DNA from: the human T2T-CHM13v2.0 reference genome, Homo sapiens
DNA length: 64,000 bases
NCBI RefSeq assembly: GCF_009914755.1
Contig: NC_060937.1
Strand: one strand, 5' to 3'
Part shown: piece after piece, positions 30,259-45,530 of the stretch
Numbering within the stretch: the first letter of the stretch is position 1
Layout: the number at the start of each line of letters is the position of its first letter
Notes under the pieces: generated by a model
Told to the model about the DNA's origin: nothing
Database searches by the model: none
What the model saw: the letters and a program-made list of their open reading frames with translations, nothing else
Position numbers and translations under genes: made by a program

Positions 30259-30334
30259 GTATTTTATCGTTCATCATCTTTAAATCTCCCAAAATAGAAT
30301 ATCCTGTTAAATTTCCCCTTCAGCCCTGTAAGGT

Positions 30335-31070
30335 TGCTATTACTATCTCCATTTTGCAGGTGAGGCTCAGAGAGGTTGAGAAACTTTCTAGGGTTACACA
30401 GATAGTTAGGTGATGGAGCCAGGAAGCAAAGCAGTCCACCAAGCCCACAAGATCCTCATAACACACACTGGTCTATTTATTCAGTAGCTACCATGTGTCA
30501 GGCACCCTACAAGGGGTAGGAAAGGAAACAGAAAAATTCCTGTCTTCATGGAATATACATTCACGTGGGGAAGCCCATCACTAAACAAGATAAGTTGATT
30601 TGTGGCATGTAGGTATTGATAAGTGCAACGGATAAAAATAAGGCAGGAAAGAGCAACAGAAAGTGTTGGAGTGAGAGGTTGCAATTTTAGGTTGGGAGTG
30701 CTGCTCCTACTCCCCCGAGAAGGTTAGGAACAGATTGCCTGATTGCCTGAGGGCAAGCGCAGAGCGGGAAGACCAGTGAGGAGGGACAGCACTGCAGTGA
30801 CCAGGAGAGAGGGCATGGTGGCTTGGACCAGGGTATTGGCAGGGGAGGTGGTGATAAGTGCTTGGATTCTGGATATTTTTTGAATGTAGAGTCAAAAAGA
30901 TTTCATGAGTGATTGCATATGTGGTCTGAGAAGTAAAAAGGCAGGGACGACTGGGAGACTTTTGGCCTGAGCTACTGGAAGGAAGGAGCTGCTACTGTCT
31001 GGGTTGGGGATAAAATGGGTTGTGAAGGAACTCTCAGGAGTTCAGCTGGGGACATGTTAAAATGGGGATG
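30335..31070 (-). mobile_element. MIR followed by L2 fragment
   Basis: MIR core (ctccattttgcaggtgaggctcagagaggtt) then L2 (ttctggatattttttgaatgtaga, tttggcctgagctactggaagga). Confidence 0.7.
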
Positions 31071-31369
31071 GGAGAGAGGAATCAAGCACATCCATCCATG
31101 TGGCCAGGCAGCATTCTGTTACTTCAGAGAGGCTCATACAGGTGAAACTATCAGCAGTGGAGAAGGCTGCCTAGCTGCCCTTGGGAGGCTAAATTGGGTT
31201 TTGAAGAAGAAGATGGGGTCGTCCTTTGCGTCACTGGTAGAGCTTACACTTTGGGCTTCACTTTATTTGTCTCCATGTAGCACCTTTCTCAGTTGCCAGA
31301 CACATAACAGGTATTTCATAAATATTTGCTGAATGAATGATGGGTTTTACAGAAAGAGAACGAAAAGTT

Positions 31370-31671
31370 GTAACACAGGGAGACCCCATTTCCTCAAAAA
31401 TAAGAACAAAAATAAAATGAAAAAATTAGCCTGGTGTGGTGGCATGCACCTGTAGTTCCAGCTACCTGGGAGGCTGAGGCAGGGGAATGTCTTGAGCCCA
31501 GGAATTTGAGGTTATAGTGAACTAGGACTGGGCTGCTGCACTCCAGCTTGGGCAACTAAGCAAGACCCAGTCTCTAAAAAAAAAAAATAATAATAATAAT
31601 TAGCCAGGTGTTGTGGCATGTGCCTGCGGTCCCAGCTACTCCACACCACTGCACTCCAGCCCAGGTGACAG
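31370..31671 (+). mobile_element. Partial AluJ-derived segment lacking both ends; inverted copy of 32782-33082
   Basis: Linker, right arm and an internally deleted extra right arm; no 5' end, tail or TSD. Confidence 0.85.
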
Positions 31672-32750
31672 CTTTGGCTGCATTTAGAACTGCTCACATA
31701 GTTGTGTTAACAGTCAGTAGCAAACTTTATAATTTTAAATCATCATACAGTTTTTCATGCTGGGCACACCTTACACTCATCCAATTTGGCAAATATTTAT
31801 TAAGACTAATTAGTTTCTTTTTTCATATACATTATATTTCTGCTATGTTCGTTTAAGTATTTAAAGCCACTTTCAAAAACTTATTAATTTAATAATTAGA
31901 TTCCAAGTGGGATCCATATCAGAGACTAGAAAATCTAGGCTAAAAAATCTGGCAAATAAGTGTGAGTCATCTGGATTTGACATAGTGGGGAAAATATAGG
32001 TATATGGAAATGTCATGTTGGAAAATGAGCATGTTGGGTAGTTTCTTTCAAAACAAAGTTGTCAAACACAGAGGTGGTAATTATATAGTAACAAACATCT
32101 GCAAAAAAGTTGAATCAAATATGAAAATTTTACAAATAATCAGTTTTAATATAAAGTAGGCAAAATTAATTAAAAGACTCTGAGGGCCGTGTGGAATCAA
32201 CTTGTGAAACGGTGATGGCAAATCTAAGTGGAGATGTTTATAGAAAACTTTAATCGTCAAAACCCAGGCAATTAACTAAGTTTTTATACTTTTTTTGGTA
32301 AATTTTCGAGTGTGTTTAGTAATTATTAAGTGTATCTTAAAATAAATTACTTAGTTTTTTAAAAGTATGCACTCAATGCTTTAATCAATTCACTTTGTTC
32401 CCTCAATTCTGATTTGATTTCCTTATAACCAGGCAGAATGAATGATCAGCCTGTGTGGTCACTATGACCCTCAGCGAGGGCAGGTAGACATTCTGGCCTG
32501 TAATCCTCAACACGACCCTCTCTTACTTTCGTTTCCACAAGTTTCCTTTCCCCATCACTTTCTTCTGGAGGAAATTCTGCATCTAGACACTTTCCCTGGG
32601 TCATAAACTTATGTACTTTCGAGACTGGCTTCTCACAAGTGAAGCTTCTGGAACAAGGCCATCCCGTTCTTCTATTTCCCACTCGCTTTTCATTCCCTCT
32701 CTCTCTGTTGCAGTGCATGTTATATTAGTACAGGCTTGCTTGTGTTTTCT

Positions 32751-33175
<425 letters not shown>

Positions 33176-34024
33176 TGCTTGTGTCTTCTGTCTTGTTGGG
33201 GACATATCTTGTCTCCTCAATCAGATGATAAGCTGTATGTGCTTCTGATTTGTGAACATCTTTTCTAGTCCTCACAGAACACACTGGAGCACTCTAAGGC
33301 GTTCCCTTACTGGACAATATGGGATGTTACCACCAACTTGGCCATCCCGGTGGCAAATGGAGAGAAAGGAGAAGCCCATCATTGGCCAAGTTTTCTCTGA
33401 GGGGGCTTTTGTAGCTAAAGTGAGAAGTCAGCTAATGGAAGTGGTCCCCCTTCCTCATGTTGTACAACATGACCCAGGAAGGGCTGCAGCTGACAAAAAG
33501 ACCAAGAACAATAGGATCTAGTAGCTGCTGTGGCCCAAGCAGTGGAGAAAGTCTGCTCAGTGCAATGCCCTGCTCTTACTTCCTGCCAGTATTCAATTCT
33601 GGAGGAAATGCAATATTAAGTTCCTTGAGATATTCCTCATTTTTATCAAGTTTTTGAAAAATGATTTTAAGAAGCCATTGGAATCATTTTTTTTTTTTTT
33701 TTTTAAGATTTTACACTCTTGAAAATCAACAGAACTTTTAAGGAAGGAATGGTTTAGCATGCCCTATCTTCCAGGATCCTCTCAGAGGGGGCCCAGCGGC
33801 CTATCGGTCTAAGTCTAACACCAACCCTTGGCCCCAGCATGAGCGCCGCTGGCACGTTCGGCCAGAGCTAGGTTGGACTAATGCTCAACAGTCCATTCAT
33901 TGCCTTGCAACTCTTCTCCAATCACTGCCCTAACTTCATAAGAAAGCTGTGAATCCTTGGAGAGACAAAACCAAGACACAGAATGAAAGGCCATTGCTTT
34001 TCCCCCTACCCTGCACTTAACTGA

Positions 34025-34765
<741 letters not shown>

Positions 34766-35183
34766 CAAAAGGCCATTGTTTTACCAGCAGCTCACAATAC
34801 TGTATTCTTAGCTTATTATGTGCTATCCTCTTAATTCCATTAGGACTTTCTTTGAACATGTAATTTTATACCACTCATTGACAACTATCCACATCTTGTA
34901 TATACTTCCTTAAAAATTGTTGTCTCACAAGTAGTGATGGTTTACTTGCAGAAATATGGTGAGACATTTACACTGAGTAGTCATCAGAATATTTGGTTGT
35001 GTTGGCACAGGGATTTGTTCTGGTTCCTCAAGTCATTCATTCTATAAATATTTAGGTGCCTATTCTGTGCCAAGCACCACCGGCAAAGAAACAGGACTCA
35101 GCACTGAGCATTTCAGTCTCTCTCATAAAACCTAGATTCTGTCAGGATGAGACAGATAACACACAGCGAAACAAATGAATGTA

Positions 35184-36014
35184 CACTGAGTCCTCACTTA
35201 ACATTGTTGATAGGTTCTTGGAAACCGCTACTTTAAGGGAAATGACGACATAAATCGAAACCAATTTTACCACAGGCTAATTGATATAAGCAAGAATTAA
35301 GTTTTTACAGCACATTTCTGATCACGAATTTCTAAATAAATGTCAAAACACTTCTATATTACACATTGAAATGAATGTGAGCCTTACATATATTTAAGAA
35401 AGATTAACAAATACAAATAGGATATTTACCCCACTTTAAGTGAATCAGTGAGTGATGGCAGTTGGCGTGGTGTTAGATTAAATCAAGGAATAAATGTTTG
35501 GAAACCGGTAATTATGAGGAGCACCTTGCGCCACCACACAGTTCAAAAGTAATCACAGATCTGGTGGGCTTACGGAGCACCTTTGTACTTCACCATTTAT
35601 TCTTGTGCATTTGAATGATTGTTGGAGACTTTGCAAATTTTTATTTGACAATAAGTTTCAATTTATTCACTTACTTTCCACCCTGCTTATTCCATTTCAG
35701 AGTTGCCAGTGGCCAAAGCCTTTCCTGGCAACTCAGGGTGGAAGACAGGACCCAGCCCTGGACAGGATGCCATCCCATTTGTTGCAGGGCACACTCACTT
35801 ACATGGACCATTTAGACACAGCTATTAATCTCATGTAACGTCTTTGAGATGTGGGAGGAACCTAGAGTACCCAAAGAAAAGGCATGCAGACATGGGAGAA
35901 CATGCAAACTCCACACAGACAGTGGCCCTGGCTGGGAATCCATGTTTTTGTTTTTCTCATCAACATTATTACGAAACGACATTGAAAGAAATGATGTTAT
36001 TTGAAGACCTGCTG
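35184..36014 (-). mobile_element. MER6 (TcMar-Tigger), full length
   Basis: gggagaacatgcaaactccacacagacagtggccc signature; TA TSDs at 35182-35183 and 36015-36016. Confidence 0.88.
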
Positions 36015-37012
36015 TATACTGGCAGGTATAACACAAGATAAAGAAAACCAAGTCACTGTAAGTGGGTAGATAGTGACAAGGTGAGGGATGCCATTTGAGG
36101 TTTTGTGGCCAGGGAAGGACTCTTTTTGTGGTGACCCTTAAGACTTGAATGTAGTGAAGAAACAATCTGTGTAGATATTTACAGATGAGCATTTTTGGGC
36201 AGAGGGTTAGCGATTACCAATGAGCTGGGTCAAGGTCATGTCTGATTTGCTTAAGGAAGATTCTGGGGGTTCATATGGCATGAAAGAGGAATGACAGGAG
36301 ATGATGTCTAAGAGGATGGCAAGGTCTCGATCTTATATGGCAGGTCACATGAAGGATTCAGAATTTCTCTATGATGGAAAGCCACTGGGGGATACTGAAT
36401 AGGAAAATAATTAATTTGACATTTTGAAAGGATCATTCTGGCTGTTGCTTGAGGAATCAAGGAGCCAGAATGGAAGTAGAGAGATCAATGAGGTGGTTGC
36501 ATAGTCTAGAACATAGCTAAGGGTGGCTGGGAGGAGGGTGATGCGGTGAGTGTGGTGAGCACCATCAGATTTGGGAATGCATTGTGAAAGTAGAGCCAAC
36601 AGGGTTTGCTGATGGATTGGAGGATTAGGGATGCAAAGGGGAGAAAATCACTGATGATTTCGGGGTTTTTGGCCTCAAATATGTTTTTCATAAAGAAGGA
36701 GAGAGCAGTAAGCTATGTTAAATGCTACTGAGAGATTAAATTGAAGACTCAGAATTAACCATTGGATTTAGTACATACAGACTATTCATGATCTCCACAG
36801 TGGTAACTTTAGGGTGTTGACTAAAAGCATGATTGGGATGGTTTCAAGAGAGAATGAGGTTGTCTCTTTGGGAGATAGCCTGATTAGATAAAGGAGGAAC
36901 TCATGGAGGAAAGTGAAGCCATTGGTAATCTTTCGGTTCTTAGTTTGAGTGATAGGGTCACATGCACTCATTGGATTAGTATGTGTTACATCTTACATAT
37001 ATAATTCACATA

Positions 37013-37443
37013 CTGTTGACCCTTGAACAACATGTTGGTCTATTTACATGCAAATTTTCTTCTGCCTCTACCACCCCGAGACAGCAAGACCCAACCTCCT
37101 TTTCCTCCTCATCCTCAGCCTACTCAACGTGAAGATGACGAGGATGAAGAACTTTATGATGATCCACTTCTACCTCATGAATAGCCAATCTATTTTCTCT
37201 TCCTTATGGTTTTCTTAATAACATTTCTTTTCTCTAGCTTACTTTACTGTAAAAATACAGTATTTAATATATATGACATGCCAAATACATGTTAATCTAC
37301 CACTGTTTATGATATCAGTAAGGCTTCTGGTCAACAGCAGGCTATTAGTAATTCAATTTTTAAGGAGTTAAAAATTAAATATGGACTTTTGACTGCACAG
37401 GGAGTTGGTGCCCCTATTCCCTACATTGTTCAAGAGTCAATTG
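37013..37443 (+). mobile_element. Tigger2a (MER28)
   Basis: TIRs ctgttgacccttgaacaa and ttgttcaagagtcaattg; TA TSDs; cctcagcctactcaacgtgaagatgacgaggatgaaga signature. Confidence 0.88.
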
Positions 37444-38636
37444 TATTCATTTCCACAAATCAAATATTGCATATAAAGGTATTTTAAATTTAATAGAGAA
37501 AAAGAACAGAAAGAGGAATTGGAGACAGAGAACATAGATCACTTTGTCAAGGAGATTCGCTGCTAAGAGAGTGGCAGCTGGGGGTGATATAGGGGATGTG
37601 GTGTCACTCCCACATAGCACTCCCAAGTTTGTATGTGTGTATACTGATGGAAATGATCTTCCAGCAGAGAGGGAAAGAATGATAATGGAACAGAGAGATC
37701 ATTTCAAGAGGGAAGCTCTTGATTATAAAGAGAGAATGGGATGGAGAATCCAGCAACAAGAAGAGGGTTGACCCTAGATAGGGGCAGGGCAGTTTCCTAA
37801 GATGAAAGGCAGACTACAGAAACACTGCTGCATGAAGATGGATAGATTTATGGTGGGAGGTTGTGGAATTTATTTTCCAACACTTTTGTCTTCTCAATGA
37901 AGTATGCAGCCAGGTCAGCATCTGAGAGCAGGGGTGGGAGAGGAAGGATTGCAGTTTGAGAAAAGAGAAGGTGTAAATTAGAAAGTGGGAGAGAGGACAC
38001 AAGAATCATGCAGTGTGGCTTGGGTTGTGCTGATGGCCCATCTGTGACTTGTGGTAATGAATTTAAGTGAGACCATCAGCATGGTGGTGTTGTCTCTAGC
38101 CCTATCCAGCTGTTCAGGGGTAGAAGAGGAGTAGGTAGAGTTGAATTTAACTAGGACTGGGGTTTTGCCAGGCTAGTATTTGGAAGAGAGAGGGGTAAGT
38201 TCACTGAGAATAAATGCAAGACAGCGATTATAATGGTAGATAAAGGAATCTAAGCTTTTTAAGGAGGGAATGGGGCCATGAGCAGGGTTGGGATGACGGA
38301 CAGTCGCAAGGTAGTAGGGGTTACCAATCCTAGTGGGGTTGCAGAAGTGTTTCCAGGAAGTGCTAGAGGGAATACAATGGAAAAGTGGCAGCTGGCGATT
38401 AGATAGTGGAATGCTTGAAGCTGAGATTCTAGAAGCAATGCAGTTACTGATGATGACAAAGTCCAGGGTATGACACGGGAGTCTGGAAAAAGCAGGCAGG
38501 AGGCCAGGATCATTAGAGATGAATTGAGGGGCCAGAGTGTTGGAGACAGAGTTTGCATGAATATTGAGATCATCACACGAGGGACAGAAGTAGTGGGAGA
38601 GGTAAGGGCCATGCCAGGTGCTAAAGTCTTCAGTGA

Positions 38637-39180
<544 letters not shown>

Positions 39181-39788
39181 TAGATATGTTTATTCTTTGA
39201 AACCCAACTTCTGCCCTTGGAGAAGTGACTAAATGAGTCATATATGAGTAAAAGTATTATCCTGATCCTAATTCTCCATTCATGACCTAGGAAGTGGCAT
39301 TCTGCTGCTGGGGAAGACTTCTCAGTAGAGCTGGGAGTGAAGATGTCTGAGAAGTTGCTTCTCCCCTCACCCTTGGGACAGCAGATTGGGCCAGATGGAA
39401 CAGGGGCCTCAATGCTAAGATAAAGAGCTTGCACTCTCACCTTTACGTAAGGAAGTTCCTTAAGGCCTTTTCAAGCAAGATCACAAACAAGGTTTCAGAG
39501 GGTTCACCAGAAGACTGGAGTGGGGCAAGAACGAAGGCAGGAAAGCCATGTGGGAGGCTCTGGCAATAGTTAGAGAGTTTGAACCTGAGAGTAGAGGTGT
39601 TCAAGGAAGGAAGGGACAAATATAAGAGGTGTTTCACGAAAAGAACCAACATGATCTGATCATTGCACATGGCAGGGAGGGGAGCAGAGGAATGAAAGAT
39701 GACGCCATGGTGTTAGGCTTGGAGATGGGAGAATATTAGCACCACTGTAAGAAAGATGGAGATGAACAGGAAAGCTAAATTAGTAGAC

Positions 39789-39950
39789 AAATTTAATAAT
39801 TTTTAAATATTTTAATAATTTTTAATATTTTTAATACTTTTAAATAATTTATTAAATATTTTAATTTTGAATAATTTTAATATTTTAAATATCAATATTA
39901 AAATATTCAATTTATTAATTTTAATATTTTTCATTTTTGAAAAAATATTC
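39789..39950. repeat. Extremely AT-rich degenerate tandem repeat (TTTTAATA(A)-like units)
   Basis: About 160 nt with very few G/C; recurring ttttaata(a)tt units. Confidence 0.85.
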
Positions 39951-41134
39951 TTATTCATAAAAGCAACACACAGTCATTGTGTTCTTGCATTAGCAAATAT
40001 AGGGAAATGAGACAAAAAATCATTAGAGGTAAAATCTTGGTATATATATTTCTAACTATATATGGCTGTGTGTGTGTGTGCTAAAGCATAAATTGGATAA
40101 GTTTTTTACCTAAAATTGCATGATCTGCTCTTTTTAAAAACACTTACTATGTTGTAAATCTTTGTCATTCATAGCCTACTACAATGCCATTTTGAACAAC
40201 CACAGAGTACTTTATCGTGTTCATAATTTGTTATACTGACCCTCCCTTGTTGGAGACTTAGGTTGTTTTGGTTTTTTTTCTCCATTCAATTCTTTTGCAA
40301 TTGCTAGTTTTGTAGCTAAATGTTCACATTCATGATTTTTTCTCTTTTTTAAATTGAACTTTTGATTTTGAGATAATTATAGATACACACACAGTTGTAA
40401 GAGATGAAAGAGAGATCTCTTGTTCCCTCTGTCCCGTTTCTCCTAATGGTAATATCTTGCACGATTACTGTACATCACAACCCAGATGCTGATATTGGAA
40501 CAGTCAAGACACACGGCATTTCCACATGATTATTTCTTTAGGTTAATTAGAAATGAAACTGCGATTTAACATTTTAAGATTTTCAACCCACATTGCCCAG
40601 TTGCTCTTGAGATAGGCTGCACCAGGTGTCCTCCCAGAAATGTCCCTGGGGAGGCTGCTGACTCCCCTACACCCATCCTCTCCCTTTCCTCAGGTGATAG
40701 CACCTGCAAACGTAGCTGCCACCCCAATGAAAGGGGAGCTGGGCCCTGAGCTGGCCCTCACTTCTCCAGTTGCACATTAATTTCCCAGCCTCTCTCATAG
40801 CCTTGTGTGACCACATGACTTTGTGTTGGATTACCGGGTGCGTGGGAAAGGATGTGTGCTGCTTCTACATCCTTCTCTTAAGGAGATTACTCTGGCCATT
40901 CTCTTTCCCCTGGTTGCTGCCTGAGAAATGACCACAGGTGGAGGGGCCTTGGAAACATGCTGGGTGTGGCAGAACCACCACAAACCTTGGGTTGCCCTTC
41001 CATGAACCACTGTGTGAGTGAGAAATAAACATCGACATTATTTAGGTCCCTGGATTGTTGCTGTTATTAATATAAGCAGCATAAGAGTATCTTTTTCTCT
41101 AAACTTTAACTGACACTTTGCTGATTTAAGGTCT

Positions 41135-41398
41135 GCTGGGGACTAAATGTTTGTGTGTCCCTTCCCCACTCTGCCGCCACCTTCCAAATTCATGTGTTGA
41201 AACCCTAATCCCCAATATGATGTTATTTGGAGGTGGGGCATTTGGGAGGTAATGAGGTCTGAGGGTAGAACCTCATAATGGGATTGGTGCCCTAATCAGA
41301 GGATACAGGAAAGAGCCATTTCTCTCTCTCTCTCTCTCTCTGTCTGTCTGTCTCTCTCTGTCATGTGAGGACACAGTGAGAAGGCAGCGATCTATAAG
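41135..41398 (+). mobile_element. MLT1A/MST-like MaLR LTR, 5' part
   Basis: ccaaattcatgtgttgaaaccctaatcccc...ggaggtggggcatttgggaggtaat...catgtgaggacacagtgagaaggcag. Confidence 0.8.
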
Positions 41399-41746
41399 GA
41401 CAAAAATGTTCTCTTTTATGTTTTTTGAATGGCAAAAAAGGTATCTTATTTACATGTTTAATGGTTGCGGAAATACCTTGAACTTCTTAAGTGGGATGTT
41501 AACAAGCAGCTCTGTTATACATTCTGGCTTAACCCTACGCTCCTAATTGAACTTGGGAGTCATCCTTTACTCCTCTTTCTCACCTCCACATCTAATCTAT
41601 CAGAAACTCCTTTGGTTCTACTTTCCAGGTAGATCCAGAACTGGGCCTCTTCTCATTACTTCCATGGCTACTGCCCTGTTCCCCACCTCCACCTCCCATC
41701 TTTACAAACAGCACGCAAGGGAATCCTTTAGAAACGACCTGAGCTC

Positions 41747-41815
41747 TTGTAGTGAGCCGAGACTGCGCCACTGCACTCTAGCCTGGGCGACAGAGCGAGA
41801 CTCTGTCTCAAAAAA
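41747..41815 (+). mobile_element. 69-bp 5'-truncated Alu insertion
   Basis: Alu 3' terminus with short A-tail; 17-bp TSD AGAAA(C/G)GACCTGAGCTC at 41730-41746 and 41816-41832. Confidence 0.9.
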
Positions 41816-42290
41816 AGAAAGGACCTGAGCTCAGGGTGCTCGTCTGCGCAGCCCTCCAGTGGCTTCCCATTGCACTCTTCCGGCCTCCACAGCCTCCTTG
41901 CCCATCCTCAAGGTGTCAGGCAACTCTGAATGGAGGCCCCGTGCATCTGCTGCCCCTCTGTCTGGTGTATATCTTAATGGTTCACTCTCTCACGTCCTTC
42001 AGGTCTCTGCTGAAATGCTCCCTTCTCAATGAAGCCCATGCTGGTCGCCCTTGTTAAAATTGCACCTGCTCCCCCTTAGCTCTCAATAGTCCTCTCTGTC
42101 CTGGCTCCATTTTCCCCTATAGCACATATCACCTCCAACATACTAAATATTAAATAATTGACTTAATATGCCCATTGTTTACTTTTGTCTCCTTTTCACT
42201 AGAATGTAAATGACATGAGGGGAGGAACTTTGTTTATTTTGTTCACTGCTCTATGCCAAATGCTCAGTACTATGCCTGGCACACAGCAGA

Positions 42291-42762
42291 TGTAATTAGT
42301 TTCCTCTAAGCACTATAACATTTACCAGGGACTTGGTGTCCAGAACAACACGAATCTATTATCTTACAGTTCAAGAGATCAGAAACCTGAAACTCAGCTT
42401 CACTGGGCTAAAATCCCTGGGCATGGCTGCGTTTCTTCTTGAAGCTCTCAGGAAAAGTTGGTCGTCTTGCCTTTTCCACCTTTTGAGTCTGCCCGCATTC
42501 CTTGGCTCATGGCTGCACATCACTGTGACCTCTGCTACCATGATCACATCTTTGTCTCTAGCTCTGACTCTCCTGCCCCTTTCTTTCTAAGGACCCCTGT
42601 GATTACACTGGACTCACTCAGATAATGCAGAACAATCACCCTTTCTCCAGATCCTTAATTCAATCACCTCTGCAAAGTCCCTTTCTACCTTTTGCCATAT
42701 TCACAGATCCCAGAGGGTGGATATCTTTTGGGAGATAGTAGGGCATTAATCTGCCCACTATA
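42291..42762 (-). mobile_element. MLT1C/D-like MaLR solo LTR
   Basis: tgtaattagtttcctct...tattatcttacagttc...aaggacccctgtgattacactgga...ctgcaaagtcccttt. Confidence 0.8.
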
Positions 42763-44399
42763 ATAGATGATCAGTAAATATTTGTTGAATGAATGAATGA
42801 ACAAACGCTTTGTTTCTACCCATTGGAATAGTAAATAAATTTCAGGCTTTGTCCTGCTTGCTGTAAATTTAATTCTAGTTCAGGCCAGACTGTCTTCACA
42901 CTTGGCATTCTAGTGGTTAATGTCCCCAGAGGATCTGGGTTGTACAGCACCCTCCACCCCAATCTGATGACACAGCTCCAGGTCAGCTCTCCTACACTGT
43001 TCCTTGTAACCTCTCCCTCCATGGGGCTTCCATCAGCTTGCTGTACAGCATGAGCTAATGACAGCTCTCACTGCACTCCCTATTTCTGCTTTTCAGGCAT
43101 CTCAAATTTCAAAACACCTTGCAGCCCTTGCCATTATATTCCCCTTTTGGCACTGATCATTAAAATCCACTAACACCATCTCCAGGGGCAACCTTCCCCA
43201 AGGGTGCTGTGCAGGCCTCTAGATCCCTGCAGCCCTAGAGGGCAGGGCTGGGTGTCGCTTCAGGATTCCTAAGTTGGAGGAGGGGGAATTGGAAGAATGG
43301 GTTTTATAAGAAGGTGCAATTACAAGCTCGATCATATTGTAGTTGCTACAGCACCTAAGGGGAGATGACACACATTCATTAATGTATTCTTCCAGTATAC
43401 ACTGAGCACTTTGCAGAGTGAAGGACTGACAAGTGCTTCTCTCAAACCACATGAAATGCCCCTCTGAGCTAGATGCTCGCTATGGCTCCTGGGGACAGAA
43501 CTAAGACCCTCTAGTGGGTGGTACCATGAAGCAGATTCTATAAAAGGAATCATATTTGATCTGTTGTAACTGTCCAACAATGGTACAGACTCTTTACTAG
43601 GCAGTGGTTTCCCCATTATGGGAAATGTTTAGGCAGAGGGATAAGGGGTTTAGAGAAGACTCCTACATGGGTAGGAGTTCAGATCATACGATTCCTAAGC
43701 TTTTTTCTAGGTCTAAGATGCTGTTTTTTATTAAGTTGGGGTACCAGGCTGGATAGAGCCATATGGTTAGTATATTGGTCACTGTTAGACACAAATGAAA
43801 GAACCCATTCTGGCTGCCTTAGCAGAAAAGGGATTTGTTTATTAACAGATACTAGGTTTCTCATAGAACGGTTGGGATGCTTTTCAAAACACAATGGGGG
43901 CTGAGCTTCCAGGAACAGGAAGCCACTCCCTCTTGTTGCCGCCAAGTGCTGGATGCCATCGTTACCAAGAGGAACTGGATGTGCACTGGAAATGTTTACT
44001 GAAACCTGGCTTCTCTTTCCCCTTCCTTCCCTGGCTCTGTGACTTCCATCTACTCCTTAACTCTATTCTTTGTTTTTTGACATTGCCTTTGTAAGACTAT
44101 GGGCTCCAGTTTGGAATTTCCCTACATATTACACTAAATACTTCCTCTGGGGGATAGAGTTGGAAAAGAAAAGTTAGTGAGACCAGTGATTGTTTTCATG
44201 CAGATAGCATCAATCTCTGTTGACATCTGCCTCCTCTGGGACTACAAAACTGAGTTAATCCCAATGTGATTATTTGGCCCACATTTTTCTTTCTATTTCT
44301 TTTTCTCCTTAGGGGTAAGGGATGAGGAGTTAGTATTTATAAAGTAAAAATTAAAGGAAGAGGAAGCAAATTCTCCCCTCTATTTCCGTGCCTCAGAGA

Positions 44400-45530
44400 T
44401 AAGCTTTTGCTATATCTTCAACTAGGAGATTTTTCTGGGGAAAATCTAAACTTGTAACATTATTGATTGAATTTTCCCCTATTGATATACATTGGAGATT
44501 TCCCTGTTGTTTGTTATTACAAACTGTGATACAGTGGGCATTTGTGCACAAATATTCTTAGACATTTGCTGCAACAGTTGTAGGACAGTCCTTGAAGTAG
44601 AATTTCTGAAACATAATGCATGGGTATGTGTATTTTATCCAGATAATGATAAATTACTCTCCGCCAAAGTTGTCAGATTAACATTTTCACCACTATTATA
44701 TAAAGGCACATTTTTCTGTACTCTAACACTAAATGTTAAAAAAATGTTCCATTTTTGGATAAAAAATGCTATCTCTCTCTTTAAAATTTTTTCTTTTGTT
44801 CTTTATCACTAGGGTAGTTCTTTTTTGCTTGTGTTTGTTGGACATTTTTGTTTTTTTCTTTGTGACTTGCCTGTTCATATCTTTTGATGAGTTTCACAGA
44901 GAGTGGATTGTGTTTCATCTTTTAATTACAGGAACTCTTTATAGGTTTTACATATTAGCCCTTCACAAATATTTCTTCCCTGTCTGTCACTCGTGTTTAA
45001 TTCTATTAATAGTATCTTTAATTACAGTTAACTTTGTCAGCCTTTTCCTTTATGTTATCTGGTTTTGCTTCATGCTGGGAGAGGCTTTCTTTACTGTAAG
45101 ATTATAAAAATATTCTACATTTTTCTAGTATTTAATGCATTTAAACATTTTTGTTACTTATTAGAAATATGTTGTTAGTATGATGTGAATTTGGAATTAA
45201 ACTTTCTTTTTTTCTGAAGGAATGACCATTTTCCCCAGTCTTAAAAAAAATCAGTCTTTCCCCACATTTTAGCTTATGCTAAATTACCATATGTATCTCG
45301 AGTTGTTTTTGTACATCCTAATATATTTTACTGCTTTTTCACTATTCTTATTTCAGGAATAGATTGCTTTGATTATATCGGTGTACTCTCCTCCTTCATT
45401 CTTTCCTCTATTTTCTGAACTGCTTTTGCACAATTTTCATTTCTTTTATCACTAATGGTGCTGAATATTTTTCATATTTATACTTTGATTGTTCTTGTGT
45501 TAATTCTTTGATGGTGTGCTTTGCCAATGT
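44400..45530 (-). mobile_element. Highly degenerate L1ME-like fragment
   Basis: T-rich antisense L1 motifs (tgacttgcctgttcatatctttt, caaatatttcttccc). Confidence 0.55.

Larger units (their letters stand above)
41540..42802 (+). mobile_element. L2 3' part interrupted by a mini-Alu and an MLT1 LTR
   Basis: acttgggagtcatccttt, ctagaatgtaaa, tgcctggcacacag; tail aaatatttgttgaatgaatgaatgaa at 42777-42801. Confidence 0.75.

Noticed and set aside
33780-33870. Small CpG cluster with weak CTCF-like sequence
   Set aside because: Too short for an island, poor motif match, no recognisable pseudogene.
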